Origin: Perna viridis
Lineage: Eukaryota
DNA length: 64,000 bases
Direction of reading: 5' to 3'
NCBI GenBank assembly: GCA_037379345.1
Contig: CM074519.1
Span: 18,254,103-18,318,102, forward strand
Both the position numbers and the translations under genes were made by a program. Below the pieces are notes generated by a model. The model had not been told where the DNA came from. It did no database searches and saw nothing but the letters and a program-made list of their open reading frames with translations. The first letter of the stretch is position 1. Each line of letters opens with the position of its first letter. Shown here in pieces: positions 12,908 through 24,480 of this stretch.

Positions 12908-13672
12908 GTAGTACTCCAGATAAGAATCATGCAAAATGTGATTCATGGTTGGAAAATTTTTTATTTTATTTTTGATAATTTATTTAAAATGCATAAGTAA
13001 ACAGAAAATATTATATGGCTTTTCATAGAACACTTGTTCATAAGAGTTAAAAATTATATAGAATGCACTGTAGAATTCAAAGTTAAGGGAAATAACTCTG
13101 TACAGTCCTTGAACCGATCCGCACGATGATTTGATGGATCGATGATCATTGACTGATTGATCGCTGATGGATCAATGACCAATGACCGGTGACCGATCTG
13201 ATCGCAGTTTTGTTATGTAAAATGACGCAAGATCTGTTTTAAATTAAAGAAATGTAAAATAAAAGTATAAATTAATGTTTATATCTATTACATGATGTAA
13301 ATATGTGTAAAATTAATAAAGAAAACAACAAAAAATAGTAAAATACATTGAACGCTATGTGGTCATGTGATGCGATCACCAGTTAAATGAATCGGTTTGA
13401 CGGATCGATGACTGACCGGAAACTGATTGGTGATCGATGATCGTTTTGCACGGATCGGTTCAGGTACTGTAAATGAAACTAAAATACAATAGAAAGTGTT
13501 AGATTTTCACTGTAAATTATCTCCTAAGAACAGACAGATTGGAATGAATGGTTATACATCTCATTATATAGACCCTTAAAACAACTTTATAACAATAATA
13601 AAAATGTGCAGCCTTTTTTTTCAGGTGAATCACATATTACAGAATTTGCATGATTCTTACAAAGACTGTTAC
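12908..13672. mobile_element. Family F element carrying a nested MITE
   Basis: TTAA at both ends. Inverted aagaatcatgcaaa / tttgcatgattctt. Reverse-oriented relative at 30950-31425. Confidence 0.8.
13103..13469. mobile_element. Tc1/mariner-type MITE with GATC-rich subterminal repeats
   Basis: TA|cagtccttgaaccgatccg ... cggatcggttcaggtactg|TA. Miniature relative at 62857-62927. Confidence 0.85.
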
Positions 13673-16198
13673 TTAAGTTTACATACAAAATTAATGGTCA
13701 TATCCCATAGAATGTTAGCTTTTATGTTATAAACATACTAACTTTTTTTCCCAGATTTCAACTTAAAAAAACTTGCCAAGTAATATTTTGGACAAAACAG
13801 TGAAATAAAAGATTTGCATTTCTTTACTTTAAAACAGGAAATTTTAGTTTTGTTTGCTTTTTTTAAAAGTTAAGATTTATATTTAAAAGCTTAATTTTAA
13901 TTTTGATATAACAAGGAAATAGATATTAAAACAGTTCAATCATGATTTTGCCCACAGGAAATTGACTCTCATATTGCAATAAGAAAAACAGGAAGATTAG
14001 AAAAGGTTTAATGAGCCGAATGTAGTGAATTCTGACTGTCCAAAGGTTGCTGAAGGTAAGATTGTAACTTAAAGAATAGATTTTTTTTTTGTTAGTTTGG
14101 TCCATTATGGAGTTTAGTAGGTCTTGCAGTAGATCTTTATTCATTCATGGATACTGAGTAAATCCAATATTTCAGGTTTAGCAGAGGTGAATTCTTGGGT
14201 AGAACCAAAATGTTAGATTTAGCAGGGGTGAGAGTAGAGCAAAGTGCATATTTAATACCTCTACTCAAGGAGTGAGTTGTATGTTGAAATCGCTTTGATT
14301 GTCAATCCCACCCTCCTTCAAAATTTTGTACAATAATTTGGTTCAGAATTGTTAGGTTTATTTCAAATTTGGTTGGTGTATATGGAAAGGGCATATGTTG
14401 TAAACCAATAGGTTAAAATAATGCAACTATGTCTCATCGGTATTCAGCCATATCTTTATCCCAACATGCAGCCCAGTGGAAAATGCAGAAACGTTCACGA
14501 TTGGTGGATAATAAAAAAGATATTTTCATGAAAAAATTGTACGAACAGTAAGGAACCAAAAGTATCGAATTTGAAAGCTAGCAGCCCATATATGTGTATT
14601 TTATGGAGCACTTGTGGCTTAGGGTGGCTACTGAAAAAATGATGTTTGAAAAAGTATCCCCCTTTTTGAAACTTAATTTACGGGCAGAAACGCTGCATGA
14701 CATGGTGGTTTTTATATCAAAATTTAAAAGCTATATGGGTGTATTTTAGCAGCATTGCGTTAGATTAGAGAAATTTCACCCAGATCTATTTTAGAGTTTA
14801 GTGGAAATAATGACCACCCCATTCAGAAATTGCATTGTGAATAATTGTGCTCTTGTAAGCCAATATGTTTGCTGGTGTATATCAACTTCCTGTTCTAGTG
14901 GGGGTATATCTAGCATGACAGTGTGTGCAACTTCAAGTTTTTTTAAAAGTCGTGGAGAGCAAACAAATACTACATGCACAAATTTACATTTATCTTCTAA
15001 TTTGGAGAAGGAGGTCAAGGATCCCAAACTAGCTCTAAATCATAAAATGTCATCTTGTTTTATGTAGATATAGGTTGCAGCTTAAAGCTATGAACTATGA
15101 GAAGAGCTTATCATTACTCCTTTTTCTAAACCTGGAAAATTTATTTTTTGTGTAAAAAATAATGTGCACCTGCAAGTTTTTTTATGAGCCACTGCCATTC
15201 CACCTGAAATCCTGGATCATCCCCTGCTGTTTTATGCGAGGTCACATTTCTTCAAGAATTCAGTCCATCAATTTCAATGCTATCTTTGATTCCAGGTGAA
15301 TACCTGCATTTGCCATCCCCACCCCGCCAACCACTCCCCTCCCCCATGTACAGGAACATAGCCCAAATCTAAACATAATCTGAAGTTCTGTTGCACTTGT
15401 ATTGGTTTCAATGTATACCCCAAAAATGCTCAGATGGGGGATTACTATTATTTTTTTGTACCTACTTTAATCTGAAATCCTTGATACAGTGTTCCTTGGA
15501 TGAAGTTCTTCAAGCTTTTCAAGCCTTTCATAATATTAGCTATCTTTGATAAACAAGATCCAGGGAAATGTAAAACCTATGTTCGACAAACCCTGCATAG
15601 ACAGGGACTTAATGAAAACTAAACATCCTCAAACGTCCTTTTATATCGGTGACAATGTCAGGTGTGGATCCGAGGAAATGCAGGCTAGGAGAACACAGCC
15701 CCCTAAAAAAAATTGGGAAAAATCCTGAATTCACCCCTGCATTACTTTCAAAATTTGGGGAATGCAAATTACTTTGGAAACTAGATAACTTATTTAGTCA
15801 CTAAGTTTATAGGCATGTTTTTCTTTGTATGAATTTTACAATTCTTGTTTGCTTTTTAGGTGTTTCACATGTGAAGTCTCAGCTTTTCTTGTACTGCACA
15901 TGTTTTGTTTGTATTAGGAAAATACTTCTTTCTTTTGTTAACAAGGAGAAAGAGGGCTGTTGAAATGTAGAATGCGAAGTTATGTAATTTGCATTTTGTT
16001 TTCAATCAATCTACTCTGTGCAGTTTTCAATTCACCATTGTCAACAAAATTGTATTGTAATAATCTTTTAAGAAAATTTTTTGAAGAAGTTGCAAGTTTA
16101 ACCAGGAGAATAGTGAAATAAAATTGTCATGAAAGTTTTATGTTTACCATGCTTATTTCTTTAAACTCCAAGGAATAATACCGTTTTTTTTGCCAAAC

Positions 16199-16590
16199 AA
16201 ATTGCAGGAAGAAATTGGGTCTTCTAATTTTGAGGCCTGGTAAGGGCATACTGAATGGTACCAACTGAACCAATTCCTTTTGGTGATAGCTCATTTCAAA
16301 ATAATCAAGTATAAGTGTATGATAAATCAGTGAATAATTGAGGAAATTATATCTCATGATTAGTTTATCTGATTACTGACGTGTTTTTCATGATTTAGAA
16401 TTCAGGCCCAAAAAAATTGCTGGAAGAAATTGGGTCTTCTAATTTTGAGGCCTGGTAAGGGCATACTTAGAAAGATACCAACTGAACCAATTCCTTTTTG
16501 GTGATAGCTCATTTCAAAGTTATCAAATATAAGTGTATGATAAATCGGTGAATAATTGAGGAAATTATATCTCATGATTAGTTTATATGA
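16199..16590. repeat. Recent tandem duplication (about 175-bp match, about 215-bp period)
   Basis: ggaagaaattgggtcttctaattttgaggcctggtaagggcatact...gaggaaattatatctcatgattagtttat occurs twice with few differences. Confidence 0.92.
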
Positions 16591-17959
16591 CCTCTAAATT
16601 TCAAGCCAAATATTTCCTTCTTCCTCTTGGATGAGTATACTGGTGCATGTGAATTTATGGTACATGCTTCACAATATTCTCATACAGGCACTTAAAACCA
16701 GAAATTATAAAACAATGATTTTATCCGTTTTATTATATAATATGGTGTTCTGCCACAACATAACTAAACACACTTCTTTCCAGTCATTTTTCTACCTTTC
16801 TAAATGATGCCGGTGCCTTTTCACGTGGGAAAAAAATGCAACGAACCAAAATTTGGGACGTTTGACTTTGTCACTGTCAGTTTAAATTTTCACGATTTCA
16901 TCAAAGTGCTGTTTAAGTCCATATTTTTATGACGATTTTTTCCATAAGAGAAAACATTTTTTCCATTACTACTATGGAAGATTGAATGATACACAGAAAA
17001 TATTTTTTTTTTTTAAATATTTGGCATGTTTGTAGAGAATGTAGGGAAAAAACTTTAATTTTCAATTTTTGAAATGAATTTCAGTTGTAATTCATTCTTA
17101 AGGAAGAACATCATTTGCATGCAGATTGCTGCTCTTTTTCCCTGTGTCTGTTACGAGTATTTTCTGCATGCAACTTGACTGAGGTTTGCTATTATGTTTT
17201 GATATTCTGATATTTTTAAAAGGGAGATAACCAAACTTAACCATCACAAAAATATACTAGTTACTGTGTACCTTTTTGTCAAATTGCTTCCATTATTTTT
17301 AGTTTTGCTTACTCATTGTAAGAATCAAGCAGTGAATGTCACATCATTTTTCTCAATTTGGTCTTTTTGCCTAAAAAAATATTTAATACATCTAGAAAAC
17401 AACTGAAAAGCTATTTAGATTTATCCTGAAGCATCTGTGACAGATGTTTTTGACTGATTTTATAGGGAACGATACAGGAAAATTTTCCCACCATGTTTTC
17501 CATAGTGCCACATCTTATACACATTTTGCCTGATTTTTAGATAGAGAAGTACTTAAAACTTCCGATTCGGGTGTTGTTGTACCTTTAACAAAATAACTGA
17601 ATGCTGTGAAATAATCAAATTTTCAGGTTTAAGATGTGGTTAGTCCACAAATTCTAATTTAAAACTTAAGGTCAAATTTCCAAGAAAAACTGTGATAATT
17701 TACATAAACACACTTTTAAAAAAAAAACGACTAAATTAACACCCATTAAGATGTGCGTATAAATATTATTATATAGACAGCAGTGTTTTATCAAATGTTC
17801 CCAGTGTAATTAATTTTGATTATTCTTACTGTGAAATAAATTTGGTAACTTCACTCTCAGACTTACTCCTATCATAATTCCACATTTTGTATATCAATCC
17901 GCCAATCATAGAATTTAAAATTAATGTTGAAAATGTCGATAAATTATGAAGAAAATCTA

Positions 17960-18150
17960 TATAATAAATAGGATAATCAATTGGTTATCATGAATAATCA
18001 AAATATAATCACTTGTGTCAAGAACGCTTGAGGATTTAACTTGTGTGTGGAACAAGTTCCGCACACTTGTTAAATCCAGGCATTCTTTGGCACTTGTGAT
18101 AATATTTTGATTATTCGCTCTTTCCAATTAATTATCCTATTTGTATTATA
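17960..18150. mobile_element. About 190-bp imperfect palindrome (foldback MITE)
   Basis: aaataggataat...gaataatcaaaatat...ggatttaac...ggaac|aa|gttcc...gttaaatcc...atattttgattattc...attatcctattt. Confidence 0.8.
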
Positions 18151-19067
18151 TCATGGCATCTTCAACACAGCTATACTGAGTAGTCTAGGGCACTGAAAGC
18201 CACTTTAATTCATAATTAATGAGATTTAATAACTACAAGAATGATGCTGCACACATGACCACCTCTCTGATATTGGTACTCTAAAAATGAGTTTTCTATT
18301 GAAAATTCAGTTTGATTGCCTATACACCTTAAGTGCTAGTTGTACCACTTGGCATCACTATGCAGCATGGTCATAATGGTAATTAGACATGACTACCTGA
18401 AATAAATATCATGATTATGACATCCATTTATTTCCTTGATCTGACTAGACCCCTCACTCAGGTAATGACTTTGGACAGTAAGGTGTGTTTGATAGCTGTG
18501 CTGTTTATATTATGATCAACCAGAATTCTCGCCCAGGAATGACTTGGGACATTTAGGTGTGTTTGATCGTTATACTATTAACTGTATACTGTATTTTTTA
18601 AGTGCCCCTTTTTATGGTTGTTCATGGTTTTACTACTTTACCACTTTCTCTGTCCAATTATTTAAGAATGCTTGATTGGACTTTGATAGTTTTTCAGTAC
18701 AAAGATGGATTGAATGATTTCATTTTTTTTGTTTTCTGATCTTTTCTTAGAGTAAGGCACATGTAGGGGGTAGACAAATAATGTGCTTTAGCCCTGTTCT
18801 TTATTATATTAACCACACTTCAACATGTTCCTTTACTGTGGAAACTGCCCTAGTAGTCTGGCCAGCCAAAATTTCAAACTAAAAAAATGATTCCACCTGG
18901 ATGTCGAAAATATCATTTCCTGTGGTAAAGGAAAATGGTTATAAATGTCAGTGAGGCTTATTTAAGGTTATGGAATCGCTTTGGAATGTATATAAAAAAA
19001 TACCTGATGAAGAGCTGCCGTGCTACTAGGTATTATGTTGGGATACCCTTTAAGGCATGTAACTGTT

Positions 19068-19561
19068 AAATTGGTGTGGCCTTAACTTTAAGATATACCA
19101 ATACAAATTAGTGTGGCCTTGACTGTAAGATAAACCACTACAAATTTTTGGTGTCCTTAACTGTAAGATATACCACTACAAATTGGTGTTGCCTTGACTG
19201 TAAGATATACCACTACAAATTGGTGTGGCCTTAACTGTAAGATATACCAATACAAATTGGTGTGGCCTTGTCTGTAAGATATACCACTACAAATGTTTTG
19301 GTCTGGCCTTGTCTGTAAGATATACCACTACAAATTTTTAGTGTGGCCTTGTCTGTAAGATATACCACTACAAATTGGTGTGGCCTTAACTGTAAGATAT
19401 ACCAATACAAATTGGTGTAGCCTTGTCTGTAAGATATACCACTACAAATTGGTGTGGCCTTAACTGTAAGATATACCACTACAAATTTTTGGTGTGGCCT
19501 TGTCTGTAAGATATACCACTACAAATTTTTGGTGTGGCCTTGTCTTTAAGATATATCACTA
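19068..19561. repeat. Minisatellite, about 13 copies of a 37-40 bp unit
   Basis: Unit aaattggtgtggcctt(aa/gt)ctgtaagatatacca(c/a)tac, head-to-tail with no spacers. Confidence 0.95.
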
Positions 19562-19964
19562 AGCTAATTTTGCTCAGATAAACTAAGAAGGTACATTGCC
19601 AAAGCCTTTGAGGCAGAATTTCAAATGTATGACATAAGAATGGTATTCAGTTTTTTTAAATTATCTTCAGTCTTTTTTCAAGGAATACAATTTACATGTA
19701 TTGTATTGTAAAACACATAATTTCAAAATACTTTATGGAAAAAGCTATTGATGTAACCTATTCAACAATATGAAATATAGTTATTTAAATAAGGAAGGAT
19801 TTTGTTTACCACAATCTTATATATTACTTAAAGCTGCTGCATTGATTTATGTATTGTAAAGATATGTCAAAATGTTAGTCTTGAGTTTTTGTCAGGGGTC
19901 ATCCATGATGATCTAAACATTTGATTAAGGTATGATCACCTATTAACAAAGGTTTTTCAAAGTA

Positions 19965-20514
19965 CAATGAAACCTGCTTTAACTAAACCAAGATACAGGA
20001 AATTTGTCAAGTTAAAACAGACATCTTGTAATTGTTCATTTTTGTTTGAACACTTAAGTGTAAGAATTTGTAAGAATCAGGCAAAACTGGAAAAAAATCA
20101 GAAACATGCATGTCAAAATCCCACTGATCTAACAATATTATTTCACTCAATGATGCTTTATCTAATTCAAAAGACCATTATTTGATCTCTGCATCACTGG
20201 ATTTGCTCAGAAATTTTCAATAGAATGTTAGAAAAATAAGGTTTTTGACAGAGTTGTCTGCCCTTTAAATGTTCATTTTCAGTGCATTTCAATGAAATTA
20301 TAACTCAATTTGCCTAAGTGGTATGGAAAATCTTGTCTTTTTTCCTTTGAATCTGATGTTTTAATAATTATATTACACTTCTAAAATGATGGTTTTTTCC
20401 ATATCATGTTTCGCCCACTGCCTGATTCTTACAGAGACTGACACTTAAACACCTGTCTAAAGAGAACAAATCCATTAATACAAAAATAGAGTTTGGTTTA
20501 GACAGGTTTCACTG
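19965..20514. mobile_element. TA-flanked mariner-type MITE (family D) with nested family F element at 20058-20444
   Basis: TA|caatgaaacctg ... caggtttcactg|TA. Inner element TTAA|GTGT...ACAC|TTAA. Confidence 0.7.
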
Positions 20515-21902
20515 TAATAAAATTCAATGTTAATGAAATTACAATACCATTCTAGTTTCCATAATGCACCACCAGAACCATAAAGTAATATATGTGTGGC
20601 CTTAACTAACAAATCTACTGTAAATTTACCACCTGGCTTTCTGTAAGGGAAATGTTATATCTTAATTAGTGAATTACACCATTTCCCTTTCAGGTGAGTT
20701 GGCATTTTCTTATCATTTCTTATTTAAAAACTATTAATTTTGAAATAATTTGCCTGTTTTTTGGCCAAAAAGTCACTTCCAGCTGTGCTTGATTAAAAAT
20801 GAATATTAAAGTTCAAGCATTTTTATTTACAAAACAAAAGAGTAGAGTTTTTAAGTGTTACTATAATTGTTGATTTATTTTCCTGGCCATATGTTCATGT
20901 TCAGCTATTAATGTTATGGTTTTAGGCAAGTTTGAAATCTGGATGTCCTGCAATGTAGAAATTTAGGATTCATAATGGGGAAAAGGTGACAGGTGAAGGT
21001 CAGTTGAACTCAGTGTAATATTATGACCTCACCGTCTTTTTCTTGATTAAGGTTTCCTCTATAAACGTAGAGATTATTTTTTACAGTTTTGACAATTTTT
21101 TTACCATGAGACCCATAAGAAACTTCAAATTGTCTTTCCTGTATGCTTTTAACTATAGTTTTTTATGTTTGCTTATGCTTCAGTATTTATTTTTTTTTAT
21201 TGTGGTAATCCTCTGAACATGATGCATTTATAGTCTGGATAATATAAGCATTTAATTTTTCCACATTTCAGCTATTCAAGCTATTATAAGAAAATATTCA
21301 AAAGAATAACATTTGCCTGTAGACATACTCTGAAATTACCCCTTTTATCTTGAGAAGTGTTCTTGAGTTACTTCCCTTTGATATTTTGTGATACAAAAAG
21401 ATAAATGAAGATCAGCTGTTTTGTACACATCCTGTAATACAAGGGCATGAAGTATTTATCTTATCTATGAAAATGTCAATAACTGTCAATCACTGCATGT
21501 TATACTGATACCTGCAATTAAATTCAAACCTATGACAAAGTTTCATATCTGTTCTTGAGGATTGCTATTTTGTTACATAATTGTATCATGAAAAAATGTG
21601 ATTGAGTTGAAACAGCATCAATTAAAAAAAGTCTTCTTGAATTTTCAGCCTTTCTTCAGCAAGATTTTTCTAAAAAATGCAAAATTTAACTGCATTTCTA
21701 TAGATGTATACAATAATTTCCGAAATAATGGTTATATTTCAAGGCTATCAGGAAGGAAATTTCGAAATTTAACTATAATTGAGACTTTATAAATTAAGAA
21801 GTCAATTTATGGTACAGAAATAATCTGTAATTCTCTGTTATGCTCCATTTTCTTATTGTTTCTTGCTTTGGAGAAAAAAAATGTTTTTCCTTTACTTGTA
21901 TA

Positions 21903-22232
21903 GGATATGTAAGTCTCGTCATGTGACTCCGTGATTTTATGAGAATGGGTCCTCGTCTACCATTCAAATGCATGGAGATTCGTCATTAACACATCAATGG
22001 GTTCAATATTAAAAGCAATTTTTTTTTATGTGTAATAATACTCATAAAAAATGACAAATATCTAGTTCTACATAATAAAAATGTTAAGAAAAGCATAAAA
22101 TAGAAGATTTTGCATTGTGATTGCAGCGTTTCGATTTCCCGGAAGTAAACAATAAAATGCAGATCGGTCTTCGGATTTCAATACATTCTACATCAGAAGG
22201 GAAACTGAAACCAGAATGAGACTTACAAACCG
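21903..22232 (-). mobile_element. 330-bp MITE, family E (4-bp TSD)
   Basis: TATA|ggatatgtaagtctcgt ... atgagacttacaaaccg|TATA. Inverted homologue of 50156-50485. Confidence 0.8.
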
Positions 22233-22577
22233 TATATGAATCAAAGTCTTGTTAGCTATGGCCAAAACCATTTGAAATGCTTCACAAATAAAAACTGCTA
22301 GTTTTACATGGAAAATGATGTACTACTATATTATTTATTGTACTACAGACAAATTTTTTCTTGTTTTAGTCTGCATTTAATTAACCTTGCCAATATTAAC
22401 AATTCATGCTTAAAATTGTAAAATGGAGCATGACTCAGAAACCATTGATTTAGTGTTAATTGCCTTAGCACATGCAGAATAAAACATGCATTGAGGCATC
22501 CTAAAGGTATATTTTACATCCTGTCCTGTCTGGAAATTAGATTTTCATTTAAGTGGACTAGTACAATTATCTTCTAG

Positions 22578-22608
22578 AAAGGAGTATGATGGACACTTGA
22601 GAAAACTG
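22578..22608 (+). CDS. Candidate upstream exon of septin gene 2 ((R)KEYDGHLRKL)
   Basis: cttctag acceptor, CTG|GTAAGT donor. The only open frame is phase 2-0, compatible with the ATG AG|gtaaga donor at 11737-11741. Confidence 0.35.
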
Positions 22609-22910
22609 GTAAGTGAATGCTTGTTTACCTATTTGGGAAAAATTGGGAGGGGATGTCGAAATGGTAAGACATTACTGGTAAGTAAATGCTTGTGTACCTA
22701 ATGAATTCGTGAATTTTGGAAAATATTTTGGGGGGTAGGGGGTGAAATCGTAAGAAAACAAGAAAATTGGTAAGTGTATCATTAATATATTAACCTAATG
22801 AATTTGATTATTTTGGAAAAAAAGTGGTTGAAATGGTAGAAAACTGCTAAGTGAATGAGTGTATACTGAATGAATTTGATAACTTGGAAAAATAGAGGGG
22901 GGGGAGGGTG
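22600..22910 (+). repeat. Degenerate tandem repeat (4 units, about 70-90 bp), each with a splice-donor-like core
   Basis: aactggtaagtgaatg / actggtaagtaaatg / aattggtaagtgtat / aactgctaagtgaatg, each followed by ttggaaaa and a G-rich stretch. Confidence 0.7.
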
Positions 22911-22975
22911 TTCAATTCATACACAGTTTTGTGTCTATTCGGGAAAAGATGGGATGATACATTATCCATTAGGAA

Positions 22976-23178
22976 TACTGTAAACATATTTATTTTTGTG
23001 GTTTATCATTTTCGCACATTCTGTCAAGTGAACATATTCAAGGATATCAATTTTCGCAGTTTCATTAGCGCTATACAGTGTTAAAAATCAATTTCGCATG
23101 TACTATTTGTCATGGTTTTCTTTCCACTGCGAAAATAGCAAAAATTAGTACACCGCAAAAATCAGTACGTTTACAGTA
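22976..23178. mobile_element. TA-flanked MITE, family A (other copies 27372-27581, 50659-50854, 56059-56439)
   Basis: TIRs tactgtaaacat...ttttgtggt / accgcaaaaatcagtacgtttacagta. Interiors are homologous across copies. Confidence 0.85.
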
Positions 23179-24252
23179 TTTACGTAGTTATCACTGAATA
23201 AAGAAAATGGATTGATGCTAATACAGCTAGTAAAACGATACGCTTCAGGGGATAGATGTGTTCTTCTTTTGATATTTAACTAAATGACCATTACTGGACA
23301 ATTACAAGACAATTTAACTTTGATATTAGTCAATAGGTATTTAAATTTACTTTTAATCTTATTGCCCTATATTCCAAGTTTCAAGTTAATTTTCGTAAAA
23401 AATTTAAAAGTACATTTTTCAACATTAAACCCCAACAAACAAACAAACAAAACATTTTTCAAAGATGTTCTCCTTATTGTCTTTTACCAGTATATTTTCT
23501 TTCAGAATTCCATTCGCACATTTAAATTTTTAATTATAATACCATTGATAGTAAAGGTTATTTCACAAGTCTTTGGTAGCTATTCAAACTATCACATTTC
23601 TCCTTTTGTCGTTAATTCTTTGTAATTTGAGTAAACTAAAACATGTTGTTTTAAACTCCTGAACAGATTCCAACAACAAATTGATCCAACACAGTAATAT
23701 TCCAGATCCCTGTATCGGCAGTTACTTTTCAGTTCTCTTGTCTTTTCAATGAAAAACAACTGGTCCTTGGTCCCTCTTTTAGCACAAATCATGATCATAC
23801 ACAATCATTTAAAAACCCATGAACAAACCAAACAAAAATATGGCCATTATTTCACAAGAGCCAGCTTTAGGTTCCCCTTTTTGAGTAAATGACAGTACTT
23901 GACTAAATATTTATTGCCCATTTCCTCCCATGTACTTCAACAAGTTTTGTGTAAATGTTTGGCAATTGAATTATTGCTCTATCAAACATGTTAGTTTTTC
24001 ACTTCCATTTACATTTGCCTCTTAATAGTCTTTACATATTTGCCTCCTTTTACAATAAAAAAATCCTTCACAATCCAAATGGATGGCTTTCTCTTACAGA
24101 CAAGTCACTTATAGACAAGTATTTGCTGATAATTTTAAATTACAAACCAAGAGCTTCCAGTTTTCAACTTCTGTGCATAGTACTAGTGTTTTCCAAAATA
24201 TTCAACAATTTTGAACTCCTGTTTTGGCTCAACTGCTTCATTACTTGTCCTC

Positions 24253-24480
24253 TTATGTAGTCCTTGCTAAGATATCAGTGAGTCTTTGACTGTTATTTTG
24301 ACACAACTCACTAAGTTGACTCAACTCTTCCTTCATGGTTAAAATCTGGTCTTGTTGTTGAGCTACAATGAATATCAGTACCACTGTTAATAATCCGGCC
24401 AAAAACTTAGGAATGTCATCAGCATTCTGGTAAAATATCAACGAAAATAATCCAAGTCCGAAAATCATATCCAGTGCCAT
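24253..24480 (-). CDS. 75-aa ORF: two hydrophobic segments plus coiled coil; small membrane protein or 5' end of a decayed gene
   Basis: aacaATGG start context. Hydrophobic MIFGLGLFSLIFY and FLAGLLTVVLIFIVA, followed by heptad-like QQQDQILTMKEELSQLSEL. Confidence 0.35.
   Translation of the reverse strand: MALDMIFGLGLFSLIFYQNADDIPKFLAGLLTVVLIFIVAQQQDQILTMKEELSQLSELCQNNSQRLTDILARTT

Noticed and set aside
19068-19561. CRISPR-like array (37-bp period) and the ORF at 19231-19479
   Set aside because: The units are contiguous with no unique spacers, the context is eukaryotic with no cas genes, and the ORF is a repeat artefact.
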